Assembly (NCBI GenBank): GCA_032718475.1
Contig: JAUCBJ010000941.1
Coordinates: 1 to 64,000, forward strand
Direction: 5' to 3'
From: Nemertoderma westbladi
Lineage: Eukaryota; Animalia; Xenacoelomorpha
Length of the DNA: 64,000 nt
Under the pieces are notes generated by a model. The model worked only from the letters and a program-made list of their open reading frames with translations, searched no databases and was not told the origin of the DNA. Position 1 is the stretch's first letter. Each line of letters opens with the position of its first letter. Positions 24,634 to 38,085 of this stretch are shown here, piece after piece. The position numbers and the translations under genes are program-made.

Positions 24634-26617
24634 GGCTCATTCCAAAGTAAAGTACGGGACATTCGTACACAATTTTGAACTTTGATTGCCTGTACAATGT
24701 TATCCACAGCACATATGTGCATAAAATTGTGCTTGGATTGAACTTTCGAATATCAGCTTTGATTTCGCGAAGCTTATGGCGGGACTTAGTCACTTTTGAG
24801 AAAACACCAGCTTGTCCAATTAAGGTAAAGTACGGATTCGTACGAAATGGTTTTTTTTATTTTATGATTTCAATTCTAAAGTTTAGCGAATTGTGCGCAG
24901 GTACGGTGTTGAGTTGATGTTTAGGATAAAGCTGTATTATTAAGCTTAAATAAAAATATAAATATCAGACGAATTGCTACATTGCTAATTTTTTACAGTG
25001 TGGTGTGTGTGGTAAAGTATGGGACATTGCTAGGTAAAGTACGGGACCTGTACGAATTTTATGGTCAAAATGGTCTCTTACAATTAACATGACAGTAATT
25101 TCTGGATAATTAGTGATAATAAAGTGCAACTAAGTATTTCCAACCAAGATATGGATGCAAAATGTGGGGCGACCCCCAAATTGACCCGAAGTCTTAGCAT
25201 ATGGGTGCCCTTGAGGAGTTGTATGTCATCTGTCTAATTTTTCATCGCTAATATTGTATAACTCTTGTCATTTATAGATGAAATTAAACCAAACCTGGTA
25301 CGTATGAAGTCTGTCAAAAGTTTGGAAAGAATCTGAGGTTTAATGAATCAAAGGTCACATATCAGACAGTTTCCGATAGTTTCAAAATTTTGATAAAAAC
25401 CGAAATAAGTCCGCCAATTATTGATGAAATATAACCAAACTTGGTACACATGTAGTCTGTGAAAAGTTTAGAAATTCTTTCCATTTTTCTGAAAATGTAT
25501 CAATTACTGTACTTACCGATCTTCTTATCTGCTAAAAAACTACATTTTTTGAAATTTGTTGTTGCAAAGATTAGTTAACTGAGGAATGATTCTTAGTTCA
25601 AATACATACTTCTATGCTTCCCCCTACTATCACCCTAAAGCATTATAACACTCCTGCCCTCCAGGTTTCATATATTACAGTACATTAATAGAGTGCACTA
25701 AAATGTAATCGCCATTATAATGGTAAAGTATGGGACAATTTTCAATTGGCCGTCATGATGTTTCTAGGGAGTAGATTATGAAACTACAGGTAATTGTTTC
25801 TTAAGATGACGCAACACAAACGAGCTTTGCATTCCACTGGGTGATTGGGCTTAGTTAGACTACTTCTCTGTGTATAAATTAAAAATTTCACTATTTTTTG
25901 GTAAAGTATGGGACTTTACATGCATAATCCCAAAGATTTCTTGACTGAGGAATGATTCTCAGTTCAAATATAGACTCATATTCTTACGGCCTACTATGAC
26001 CTTAGAGTATTATATCACTCATGGCTTCACATATTAGATTAATACAGTGCACTAATATAATCGCCATTTTAATGGTAAAGTATGGGACAATTTTCAATTG
26101 GCCGCCATGAAAATTCTGAGGGAGTGAAGATGAAACTAATTGTTTTATACGATGACGCAACACAAACGTACTTTGCATTCCACTGGGTGATTAGGCTGAG
26201 TTACATCTCTGTGAATAAACTAAAAATTTCACTATTTTAGGTAAAGTATGGGACATCACATGATTAACTTTATCGATTTCATTACAAAGGAATGAAACAC
26301 TGGTGAAATTAAATGAAACCAAAAAAATTCGAAAATGGGTTTGTTTTTGATTTGGTACATGCTCAGAAATGTTAATTTATTGGTCATAGGAAGTGCCTAC
26401 AGGAAACGAAACTTTTGCACACTTTTATTCACATTTTGTGCAGAGCAGGTGCATAATTTGTAATTCGACTATTTTTGAGAAACCACCTGTGTTGATACAA
26501 TTTTTAGCACTGAATTCATAAAGTACGATAAATTTCGACCTAAAATAAGTATAAATTAAAAGCTAGATCTAATTTTTCGAAATTAGTGGGGAGGTTGACC
26601 TTTTCATGGAATGAGCC
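24634..26617. mobile_element. Non-autonomous DNA transposon with 11-bp TIRs and repeated GTAAAGTA(C/T)GGGAC motifs
   Basis: GGCTCATTCCA at 24634-24644 vs TGGAATGAGCC at 26607-26617; about 8 copies of the motif; internal duplication of ~350 bp (about 25577 vs 25943). Confidence 0.65.
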
Positions 26618-26859
26618 TATTATGAAATATTTCATCAATTCGCTTTCACTCCATCGTGTTAATATTCCCACGAGAGCAGGATTCGGAATATGTACAGTGT
26701 ACAGTGTACACACCATCCCTGTTAGTACAACTATAATAGGAACTACTATAACGAACAAACGTTGTATAACAATTATTATTATGAATATTATTACAAACCA
26801 AATTGACATGACACCAAATCCAGGGGTAACAACCACACTACAGGGGGCTAATGACGGTG

Positions 26860-27600
26860 AAATCCCGGTGAAATAATATTTTCTCGGCGAAATAACATTG
26901 ACATTACCATTAACTGTTTTTTTGCGCAATAGGGGTTATTTGGGGTTCTGGTTTCGATGGAATATATACGGGTTGCACCAGGCGTATCAAACTTGTATTT
27001 TTCGGTGCTGTGTGTAAAATTTGGTGCCAGCATGAAATTTTTAAAATCCATTCAATAGATTAAATTGCTTGTGACAACTTATTTCCTGCGTTTTAGAGGT
27101 TTATGGCGGTTCTGAATACAATGGAATAAATAATTATCTAACGAGACATCTTAAACCTGTATTTTTCGGAAGTGGGTGCAAAATTTGGCGCTAGCACCAA
27201 ATTTTGAAAACCATCAAATATATCAATTGATTGTGTAACCGTTTCTTGCGTTACAAGGGTTTGTAAGGGTTCTGAATTCAATGGTATATGTAAAAATTGC
27301 ATAAGAGTATTCAAACTTGTATTTTTCGCCGGTGGGTGAAAATTGTTGTAACAGCGGCACCAAAATTTTGAAAATAAGAAAATTTTCAAGAAAATTCAGT
27401 AGATAGTATCATCTTGTTTCTTGCGTTATACGGGTTTGTGGGGGTCCTGAATCCGATGGAATCAATAAAAACTACACTGGACATCTCAAACTTGTACTTT
27501 TTGGTTATCGGTACGAAATTTGGTGCTAGCACCAAAATTTGCCATATTACGCCGAAAAATACAAGTAGCAATGATCTGGCAAATTAGGAATGTATTCCAT
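26860..27600. repeat. Degenerate ~160-175-bp tandem repeat, probably TE-derived
   Basis: AAACTTGTATTTTTCG...AAATTTGGTGCTAGCACCAAATTT-like blocks near 26990, 27153, 27313 and 27488. Confidence 0.55.
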
Positions 27601-28372
27601 TAGAATCAGCGCCGCAGAAAACCTATAAATGTGAATTTATAGCATCGTATAAGTGAATTAAAAATTTTGTGTACAAACCGAAAAGTGCTGGTTTACTTTT
27701 TTTTTTTACTAGATTTTACTACTTTTACTCTATTTATTTTTCTACTAGGATTTACTAGAGTTTCTAAATTACCTGTCGAATATATAAACTGGTCATTCAC
27801 GGTGGTGAATTTATCTCAATTTTATAACAAAACACCAACGCTTGCGATCTGGGATAATATAATAATTATTTACTAGTTATAATTAGTATATGGTCAATGG
27901 GCAGGGCATAACGTGTACTATATTATATAAATTAAGTGTTTAGTGAGGCTGAACCCAACCAAATGCAAATATTCTGGGAAAAAAGTAGTCAGTCAGTTCA
28001 GCATATAGATACTCATAAAATTATAGCTCTGCTTTAGACTCTATCATATTCATAATATGAATGAATATGATACAAACTATGAAAACATTAATTGTATTGT
28101 ATTCCATTACATTTGCTTATGTTTAAATTTGTTTGAATTTAAAAGAAAATTTAAATTGATGTTTTTTTTTTTAATTTACATTAATTGTAAATTTTGTCAA
28201 CAATTAGTTGAAATCAATAGCCGGCCAAAAAAATGAAATCCGGCCGGAGCCGGAACCGGATTTTTTTTTCACAAAATTCGTAAAACCCCTAGTTTTTGCC
28301 AATAGCAGCCCTCCCCTTAATATCTGCTGTACCAAATATTCCCGTCCAACATATTAAATACTAATAACTTAC

Positions 28373-28569
28373 AGCGTAGTTATCTTCCTCGTCTCCCTCT
28401 ATAACGGCTTCCTGAACACAGAAGATTTGCCCAAGGAAGTGGAGGACAAAACGTTTCAGCCATAATGGGACCGGAGTGTCGTACTGGCCTCTATAGTGAA
28501 TGTCGAGAACCACAACAGTGAGGACAGTAGACATGGTAATAAGTACAATTACTGCGAAATAGTACTGAG
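28373..28569 (-). CDS. CTLD-nAChR gene, exon 11: M3 and MX helix
   Basis: atttcag / GTAAGT; (A)QYYFAVIVLITMSTVLTVVVLDIHYRGQYDTPVPLWLKRFVLHFLGQIFCV...; phase 1 to 0. Confidence 0.95.
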
Positions 28570-28786
28570 CTGAAATATAATAAAACGACTGCAGTTAATG
28601 GGATACAAAGTCAACTTGAGATAGAAGGGTAAGGCTATTTTTATTTTAATCGGCTATTCTGCATATATTATGAAAATACAAATATCTGTCTGTATGAGCT
28701 AACAGAAAGATTTACAATATGAAAATACTCAACTAGTCCGTATTGTAATCTACGATGCACAAATATAAAAGGAAAGTCCAACTAAC

Positions 28787-28883
28787 CCAAATATGGAACA
28801 GATTCGGATGTGGAAGGCATCTTATCAGCAACCATAAGCAGAAACACAGTTAGTGCTAACAGCACCGTTAGTTGCATTCCGAT
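28787..28883 (-). CDS. CTLD-nAChR gene, exon 10: pore-lining M2 and M2-M3 linker
   Basis: actgtag / GTTAGT; IGMQLTVLLALTVFLLMVADKMPSTSESVPYL; phase 0 to 1. Confidence 0.95.
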
Positions 28884-29042
28884 CTACAGTAAATCCCGAG
28901 AAAAACAGAACGTTGAATTAAGTGAAAACATACCAGCAGCTCTGGTTGAAAACCAGAAATAAATAGAATACTCTAATACAATCCTCGTTACGTTCGGTTG
29001 GCAATATAAACAAATAAAAATATAAACGGATGATGTCGGATG

Positions 29043-30345
29043 ACATCTACGGCCACATCTACAGCCACATCTACGGCTACATCTACGGCCACATCTACGG
29101 CCACATCTACGGCCACATCTACGGCTACATATACGGCCACATCTACGGCTACATCTACGGCCACATCTACGGCCACATCTACGGCCGCATCTACGGCCAC
29201 ATCTACGGCTACATCTACGGCTACATCTACGGCCACATCTACGGCCACATCTACGGCCACATCTACGGCTACATCTACGGCCACATCTACGGCCACATCT
29301 ACGGCCACATCTACGGCCACATCTACGGCCACATCTACGGCCACATCTACGGCTACATCTACGGCTACATCTACGGCTACATCTACGGCCACATCTACGG
29401 CCACATCTACGGCCACATCTACGGCCACGTCTACGGCCACATCTACGGCCACATCTACGGCCACATCTACGGCTACATCTACGGGCATATCTACGGCCAC
29501 ATCTACGGCCACATCTTCGGCTACATCTACGGCTACATCTACGGCCACATCTACGGCCACATCTACGGCCACATCTACGGCCACATCTACGGCCACATCT
29601 ACGGCTACATCTACGGCCACATCTATGGCCACATCTACGCCTCATCTACGGCCACATCTACGGCTACATCTACGGCCACATCTACGGCCACATCTACGGC
29701 TACATCTACGGGTACGGCCACATCTACGGCTACATCTACGGCCACATCTACGGCTACATCTACGGGCACATCTACGGCCACATATACGGCCACATCTACG
29801 GCTACATCTACGGCTACATCTACGGCCACATCTACGGCCACATCTACGGCTACATCTACGGCCACATCTACGGCCACATCTACAGCCACATCTACGGCCA
29901 CATCTACAGGCACATCTACAGCCACATCTACGGCCACATATACAGCCACATCTACGGCCACATATACGGCCACATCTACGGCCACATATACGGCCACATC
30001 TACGGCTACATCTACGGCCACATCTACGGCCACATCTACGGCTACATCTAAGGCCACATCTACGGCCACATCTACGGCTACATCTACGGCCATATCTACG
30101 GCCACATCTACGGCCACATCTACGACCACATCTACGGCTACATCTACGGCCACATCTACGGCCACATCTACAGCCACATCTACGGCCACATCTACAGCCA
30201 CATCTACGGCTACATCTACGGCCATATCTACGGCTACATCTACGGCCACATCTACGGCCACATCAACGGCCACATCTACGGCCACATCTACGGCCACATC
30301 TACGACCACATCTATGGCCACATCTATGGCCACATCTATGGCCAT
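29043..30345. repeat. 12-bp minisatellite (ACATCTACGGCC) in intron 9
   Basis: About 108 copies; produces the ATST, YGHI and VAVD ORF artefacts. Confidence 0.97.
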
Positions 30346-30436
30346 GCTGTCCCTATCGAAAATTGGAACCGTTCTAGTTGTAAGCGATGCTTTGTATTTA
30401 TAATTTAAATTAAATACGAATAGGCCTAATACTAAC

Positions 30437-30613
30437 CTTCTCCCCACTGTCTGCTGGTAGATAGAATCCGATAAGAGCAAGGAATGTGATGAGGATACAA
30501 GGGAGGATGATGTTGAAGAAATAATAGGTAGACCGGCGCCGGATCTGCATAACGAAGTTCACCTCGGGATAAGGATTAACGCAACAGTCGTAGTTCCGAT
30601 CTATAAGACTCGA
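30437..30613 (-). CDS. CTLD-nAChR gene, exon 9: loop C (YxCC), M1 and GEK
   Basis: tttttttag / GTTAGT; [59 protein letters not shown]. Vicinal cysteines define an alpha-type subunit. Confidence 0.96.
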
Positions 30614-30621
30614 CTAAAAAA

Positions 30622-33600
30622 ACAATGGATCCCAGGGTATAGCCTTCTATACACAATGGATCCCAAGGTATAGCCTCCTATACACAATGGATCCCAGGGT
30701 ACCGCCTCCTATACACAATGGATCCCAGGGTATTGCCTTCTATACACAATGGATCCCAGGGTATCGCATTCTATACACAATGGATCCCAGGGTATCGCAT
30801 CCTATACACAATGGATCCCAGGGTATCGCCTCCTATACACAATGGATACCAGGATATTGCATCCTATACACAATGGATCCCAGGGTATCGCATCCTATAC
30901 ACAATGGATCCCAGGGTATCGCCTCCTATACACAATGGATCCCAGGGTATCGTATCCTATACACAATGGATCCCAGAGTATCGCATCCTATACACAATGG
31001 ATCCCAGGGTATCGCATCCTATACACAATGGATCCCAGGGTATCGCATCCTATACACAATGGATCCCAGGGTATCGCCTCCTATACACAATGGATCCCAG
31101 GGTAGATCTCCTATACACAATGGATCCCAGGGTATCGCATCCTATACACAATGGATCCCAGGGTATCGCCTCCTATACACAATGGATCCCAGGGTATCGC
31201 CTCCTATACACAATGGATCCCAGGGTATCGCATCCTATACACAATGGATCCCAGGGTATCGCCTCCTATACACAATGGTTCCCAGGGTATCGTATCCTAT
31301 ACATAATGGATCCAGGGTATCGTATCCTATGCACAATGGATCCCAGGGTATCGCATCCTATACACAATGGATCCCAGGGTATCGCCTCCTATACACAATG
31401 GTTCCCAGGGTATCGTATCCTATACATAATGGATCCCAGGGCCAGAGTATCGTCTCCTATACACAATGGATCCCAGGGTATCGCCTCTTAACACAATGGA
31501 TCCCAGGGTATCGCACCCTATACACAATGGATCCCAGGGTATCACATCCTATACACAATGGATCCCAGGGTATCGCATCCTATACACAATGGATCCCAGG
31601 GTATCGCCTCCTATACACAATGGTTCCCAGGGTATCGCCTCCTATACACAATGGTTCCCAGGGTATCGTATCCTATACATAATGGATCCCAGGGCCAGAG
31701 TATCGTCTCCTATACACAATGGATCCCAGGGTATCGCCTCCTATACACAATGGATCCCAGGGTATCGCCTCCTATACACAATGGTTCCCAGGGTATCGTA
31801 TCCTATACATAATGGATCCCAGGGCCAGAGTATCGTCTCCTATACACAATGGATCCCAGGGTATCGCCTCTTAACACAATGGATCCCAGGGTATCGCACC
31901 CTATACACAATGGATCCCAGGGTATCACATCCTATACATAATGGATCCAGGGTACCGTATCCTATACACAAGGGATCCCAGGGTACCGCTTCCTATACAC
32001 AATGGATACCAGGGTATCGCATCCTATACAGAATGGATCCCAGGGTATCGCATCCTATACACAATGGATCCCAGGGTATCGAATCATATACACCATGGAT
32101 CCCAGGGTATCGCATCCTAAACACAATGGATCCCAGGGTATCGCCTCCTATACACAATGGATCCCAGGGTATCGCATCCTATACACAATAGATCCCAGGG
32201 TATCGCCTCCTATACACAATGGATCCCATAGTATCGCATCCTATACACAATGGATCCCAGGGTACCGCCTCCTATACACAATGGATCCCATGGTATCGCA
32301 TCCTATACACAATGGATCCCAAGGTATAGCCTCCTATACACAATGGATCCCAGGGTATCGCATCCTATACACAATGGATCCCAAAGGCATCGCATCCTAT
32401 ACACCATGGATCCGAGGGTACCGCATCCTATACACCATGGATCCCAGGGTACCGCCTCCTATACACAATGGATCCCAGGGTATCGCATCCTATACACAAT
32501 GGATCCCAGGGTATCGAATCATATACACCATGGATCCCAGGGTATCGCATCCTATACACAATGGATCCCAGGGTATCGCATCCTATACACAATGGATCCC
32601 AGGGTATCGAATCATATACACCATGGATCCCAGGGTATCGCATCCTAAACACAATGGATCCCAGGGTATCGCCTCCTATACACAATGGATCCCAGGGTAT
32701 CGCATCCTATACACAATAGATCCCAGGGTATCGCCTCCTATACACAATGGATCCCATAGTATCGCCCCTATACACAATGGATCCCAGGGTATCGCCTCCT
32801 ATACACAATGGATCCCAGGGTATCGCATCCTATACACAATGGATCCCAAGGTATAGCCTCCTATACACAATGGATCCCAGGGTATCGCATCCTATACACA
32901 ATGGATCCCAAAGGCATCGCATCCTATACACCATGGATCCGAGGGTACCGCATCCTATACACCATGGATCCCAGGGTACCGCCTCCTATACACAATGGAT
33001 CCCAGGGTATCGCATCCTATACACAATGGATCCCAGGGTATCGCATCCTATACACAATGGATCCCAGGGTAGATCTCCTATACACAATGGATCCCAGGGT
33101 ATCGCCTCCTATACACAATGGATCCCAGGGTAACGCATCCTATACACCATGGATCCCAGGGTACCGCTTCCTATACACAATGGATCCCAGGGTATCGCAT
33201 CCTATACACAATGGATCCCAGGGTATCGCATCCTATACACAATGGATCCCAGGGTATCGCATCATATACACAATGGATCCCAGGGTAACGCATCCTATAC
33301 ACAATGGATCCCAGGGTAACGCATCCTATACACCATGGATCCCAGGATACCGCTTCCTATACACAATGGATCCCAGGGTATCGCATCCTATACACAATGG
33401 ATCCCAGGGTATCGCCCCCTATACACCATGGATCCCATAGTATCGCATCATATACACCATGGATCCCAGGGTATCGCATCCTAAACACAATGGATCCCAG
33501 GGTATCGCCTCCTATACACAATGGATCCCAGGGTATCGCATCCTATACACAATAGATCCCAGGGTATCGCCTCCTATACACAATGGATCCCAGGGTATCG

Positions 33601-35630
33601 CCTCCTATACACAATGGATCCCAGGGTATCGCATCCTATACACAATGGATCCCAAGGTATAGCCTCCTATACACAATGGATCCCAGGGTATCGCATCCTA
33701 TACACAATGGATACCAAATGCATCGCATCCTATACACCATGGATCCCAGGGTATCGCATCCTAAACACAATGGATCCCAGGGTATCGCCTCCTATACACA
33801 ATGGATCCCAGGGTAGATCTCCTATACACAATGGATCCCAGGGTATCGTATCCTATACACAAAGGATCCCAGGGTATCGTATCCTATACACAATGGATCC
33901 CAGGGTACCGCCTCCTATACACAATGGATCCCAGGGTATCGCCTCTTATACACAATGGATCCCAGGGTATCGCATCCTATACACACTGGACCCCAGGGTA
34001 TCGCATCCTATACACAATGGATCCCAGGGTACAGCCTCCTATACACAATGGATCCAAAGGTATCGCATCCTATACACAATGGATCCTAGGGTACCGCCTC
34101 CTATACACAATGGATCCCAGGGTATCGCCTCCTATACACAATGGATCCCAGGGTATTGCATCCTATACACAATGGACCCCAGGGTATCGCATCCTATACA
34201 CAATGGATCCCAGGGTACCGCCTCCTATACACAATGAATCCCAGGGTATCGCTTCCTATACACAATGGATCCCAGGGTATCGCCCCCTATACACCATGGA
34301 TCCCATAGTATCGCATCCTATACACAATGGATCCCAGGGTACCGCCTCCTATACACAATGGATCCCAGGGTATCGCATCCTATACACAATGGATCCCAGG
34401 GTAGATCTCCTATACACAATGGATCCCAGGGTATCGCCTCCTATACACAATGGATCCCAGGGTATCGCCTCCTCTTACACAATGGATCCCAGGGTATCGC
34501 ATCCTATAAACAATGGATCCCAAGGTATAGCCTCCTATACACAATGGATCCCAGGGTATCGCATCCTATAAACAATGGATCCCAAGGTATAGCCTCATAT
34601 ACACAATGGATCCCAGGGTATCGCATCCTATACACAATGGATCCCAAGGTATTGCATCCTATACACAATGGATCCCAGGGAATCGCATCCTATACACAAT
34701 GGATCCCAGGGTACCGCCTCCTATACACAATGGATCCCAGGGTATCGCATCCTATACACAATGGATCCCAGGGTATCGCCTCCTATACACAATGGATCCC
34801 AGGGTATCGCATCCTATACACAATGGATCCCAGGGTACAGCCTCCTATACACAATGGACCCCAGGGTATCGCCTCCTATACACAATGGATCCCAGGGTAT
34901 CGCATCCTATACACAATGGATCCCAGGGTATCGCCTCCTATACACAATTGATCCCAGGGTATCGCATCCTATACACAATGGATCCCTGGGTATCGCCTCC
35001 TATACACAATGGATCCCAAGGTATCGCATCCTATAAACAATGGATCCCAGGGAATCGCATCCTATACACAATGGATCCCAGGGTAGATCTCCTCTACACA
35101 ATGGATCCCAGGGTATCGCATCCTATACACAATGGATCCCAAGGTATCGCATCCTATACACAATGGATCCCAGGGTATCGCATCCTATACACAATGGATC
35201 CCATAGTATCGCATCCTATACACAATGGATCCCAGGGTACCGCCTCCTATACACAATGGATCCCAGGGTAACGCATCCTATACACCATGGATCCCAGGGT
35301 ATCGCATCCTATACACAATGGATCCCATAGTATCGCATCCTATACACAATGGATCCCAGGGTACCGCCTCCTATACACAATGGATCCCAGGGTAAATCTC
35401 CTGTACACAATGGATCCAGGGTAGATATCTCCTATACACAATGGATCCAGGGTAGATATATCCTATACACAATGGATCCAGGGTAGATATATCCTATACA
35501 CAATGGATCCAGGGTAGATATATCCTATACACAATGGATCCCTGGGTAGATATCTCCTATACACAATGGATCCCAGGGTAGATCTCCTATACACAATGGA
35601 TCCCAGGGTAGATCTCCTATACACAATGAA
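30622..35630. repeat. 31-bp satellite (CACAATGGATCCCAGGGTATCGCATCCTATA) filling most of intron 8
   Basis: About 160 copies, most with a GGATCC site; source of the many MDPRVSHPIHNGSQG ORFs. Confidence 0.98.
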
Positions 35631-35854
35631 TCTAGTAGTAGGCCTTGATCTGAAATATGTTAGAAATTAACTAAACTAAAAGCTTCGATTATTTAGTTTA
35701 AAAATCAACAAAAGCCGTTGTGAGTTTACCGGAAGTTGGTTGGTATAATTTTTATCTTCCTGGGAAATTAGCAATCACGTCATCCCTAAATATGGTGAAA
35801 AACAACGAAAAAACAAGATTACAACATATTATTGCCTCACGTTTTCTGACTTAC

Positions 35855-36113
35855 ATTGAAAAATTCAAGATCCCACTCCCCATTTGGCACGTAGAGTTCT
35901 GTATCTCCCTCTAACACCTCGAAATCAATACCAGTTTTATCGAAATCCCACGAGGTCATTGTAATAGCACAGTGTTGTACATCGAATGGGAAGTGGAGTG
36001 TGTTCACTTTACATGAAGTCCTGATGACATCCGGTCGCATCCATGATAGTGTTCCGTCGTACGTCGCCCAGATTCGAGTTGGCCAAATTTCTGGAATCTC
36101 GAAAGGCGCTGCC
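35855..36113 (-). CDS. CTLD-nAChR gene, exon 8: loop E, Cys-loop, loop B, loop F
   Basis: tactcag / GTAAGT; AAPFEIPEIWPTRIWATYDGTLSWMRPDVIRTSCKVNTLHFPFDVQHCAITMTSWDFD...NGEWDLEFFN, with the C-x13-C Cys-loop and FPFD. Confidence 0.96.
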
Positions 36114-36762
36114 CTGAGTAATTAATAAACTTATTATTTATTATTTCTTATTTATTTATTTCCTCCAAAATTATAAAATAAAAATAACGCACAATACCCT
36201 ACAAAATAAACATTTACATACAACAATAATAAACATTTACTTATGATTCTCAAATTTTTCGCTTAAACAAAAACGTATAAACAATAAAAAACGTTAAAAT
36301 AATCACAAACTAAAAATAAATAATATATCTATTTATTAGATGGAAAACAAACAATTTGCGACTTTTCCCGTTGATCTCGAGACATAATTTATCAAGCGAA
36401 TGTCTGCGATCGATGTCAATTCTCTGAGTCTTAAGGGAAATAAAGGGAAATTGTTTTACATCAAATACGTAATTTTATTCATAAAAGTACAAAATTTTCG
36501 TTCACTGAACTCCATCCCCTCGACTCGTTTATTCTGAATAATATATATATATATTATCTCAAATATCAATAAGAAATATTTATATTGATCGTTTGTAATC
36601 AATAAATATTTAGCTTCAACAAACAATACACAAACTGGACGGATTATTTTGTCTTGCTATATTGGTGGTTGTGTCCTTCCCTTCCTGCGCTCTTTAGCGG
36701 GATAGCAAGGCACTTCTTGTAATAATAAATCAATTTTATATTATTAAATTGAAATTACTTAC

Positions 36763-36872
36763 GAGTTAATAATGATAATATCAGGCCTCCAAACATTGTT
36801 AGGCGGAAGAAGTACGGCAGTTATTCCACCATGTTTCAAAGGGTTCCATGATAAATATGGATCTCTCCATTT
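36763..36872 (-). CDS. CTLD-nAChR gene, exon 7 (110 bp): loop A
   Basis: atatgtag / GTAAGT; KWRDPYLSWNPLKHGGITAVLLPPNNVWRPDIIIINS; 110 bp is the conserved size of this nAChR exon. Confidence 0.95.
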
Positions 36873-38085
36873 CTACATATTAAATATAATAATATAACAA
36901 CTACTTACTATTAATTAATCAACTTTTCGTAATTTACATACACCCAGTAGTAGGTAGTAGGTATAGTCTTAGCAAATCATGTTTTGAGCCTGTTTCAAAA
37001 TTCGATTTGGTAACGTATGAAAAATTAGCAACTTTGGACAGCATTAGCTCAAACAGATGTGGCTTTAAATCAAACAAAGTTTGTGATAGGACATAGCTGG
37101 GAGTGTCGGCTTTCCACAAAGTGAAACATTTGATTATATGCATATAGGCATTCTCATTTGCTTGAGCTTAGAATGCAAAGTATCGCATGGAACGCAGAAA
37201 AATGGCTTATCAATAAAACCTCTAACTCTACCGTTAAACTTATTTTAACCAAGACAAGTAGCTGTGCTAATCACCGGTACAACAGTCACACCATAGATCG
37301 ATTTACACTATACAGTATGCACTACTGTACTAACTCGGTACAGTACACAACAACTAATTAGAACATTAATTATTGTTTTTTGCTACGATTGGTTTTATAT
37401 TTTCATATTGCACTTTGTTAATAGCACAATTGTATAACACAGGTAGCTTCAATCCTCTCAAAATTATTAAATTTAGAATCCTGTTAAAAATTTATTTAAT
37501 TTAAAATGTTGACCTTAAAAACAGTAGAATCTCGATGTAACAAATGTTACAAGATGTTTTAATTTGTTAATAAATTTAGTAACGTATGGAAAAACGTTAG
37601 GTATGGAAAATAACTTTGAACTCCAATAAATCTGCTGGCATCCAGAATGACGGACTGATATTTTATACAGTTGTGGACCATGACATAAATTACAACTTTT
37701 GAAGGTTACAAAGCCTTCCCTTTCCATTTACCACTTCTGTGATAAAGATTCGAAGTCAAAGTAACGTATGGAAGTAACGTATGGACTGAAAATTGGACAA
37801 GCCATTGCATTATTGAAATGTACATCAGAGTTTGGAACATTTGTGTTTTGGACTTGGTATCTGGTATCATGCCATAATACATTCTTACTTTGGATTAGAT
37901 ACAAGGACTACTTCTGTTAATAGTTTTTTCAATGTTGTTTGTAATTCTTGAAATTCTATGAAATTTTTTCCCTAATACAGCTGCTCAGCTTATTACTGTT
38001 AATTATCAGCTTAGATAAACAATCACTAATGGTTTCCCACACTTTAATCTATTATCTACAGTACAACATTCTATCATAAAAAATA

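Noticed and set aside
26540-26929. Hydrophobic ORFs resembling membrane proteins
   Set aside because: AT-rich low-complexity intronic sequence between TE remnants, with no splice or motif support.
28884-30480. Long ORFs (ATST, YGHI, VAVD, protamine-like RRCG repeats)
   Set aside because: All are readings of a 12-bp minisatellite that is open on both strands and lies within intron 9.
30687-35330. Dozens of MDPRVSHPIHNGSQG ORFs
   Set aside because: The 31-bp unit is not a multiple of 3, the frames cycle, and the array is intronic.
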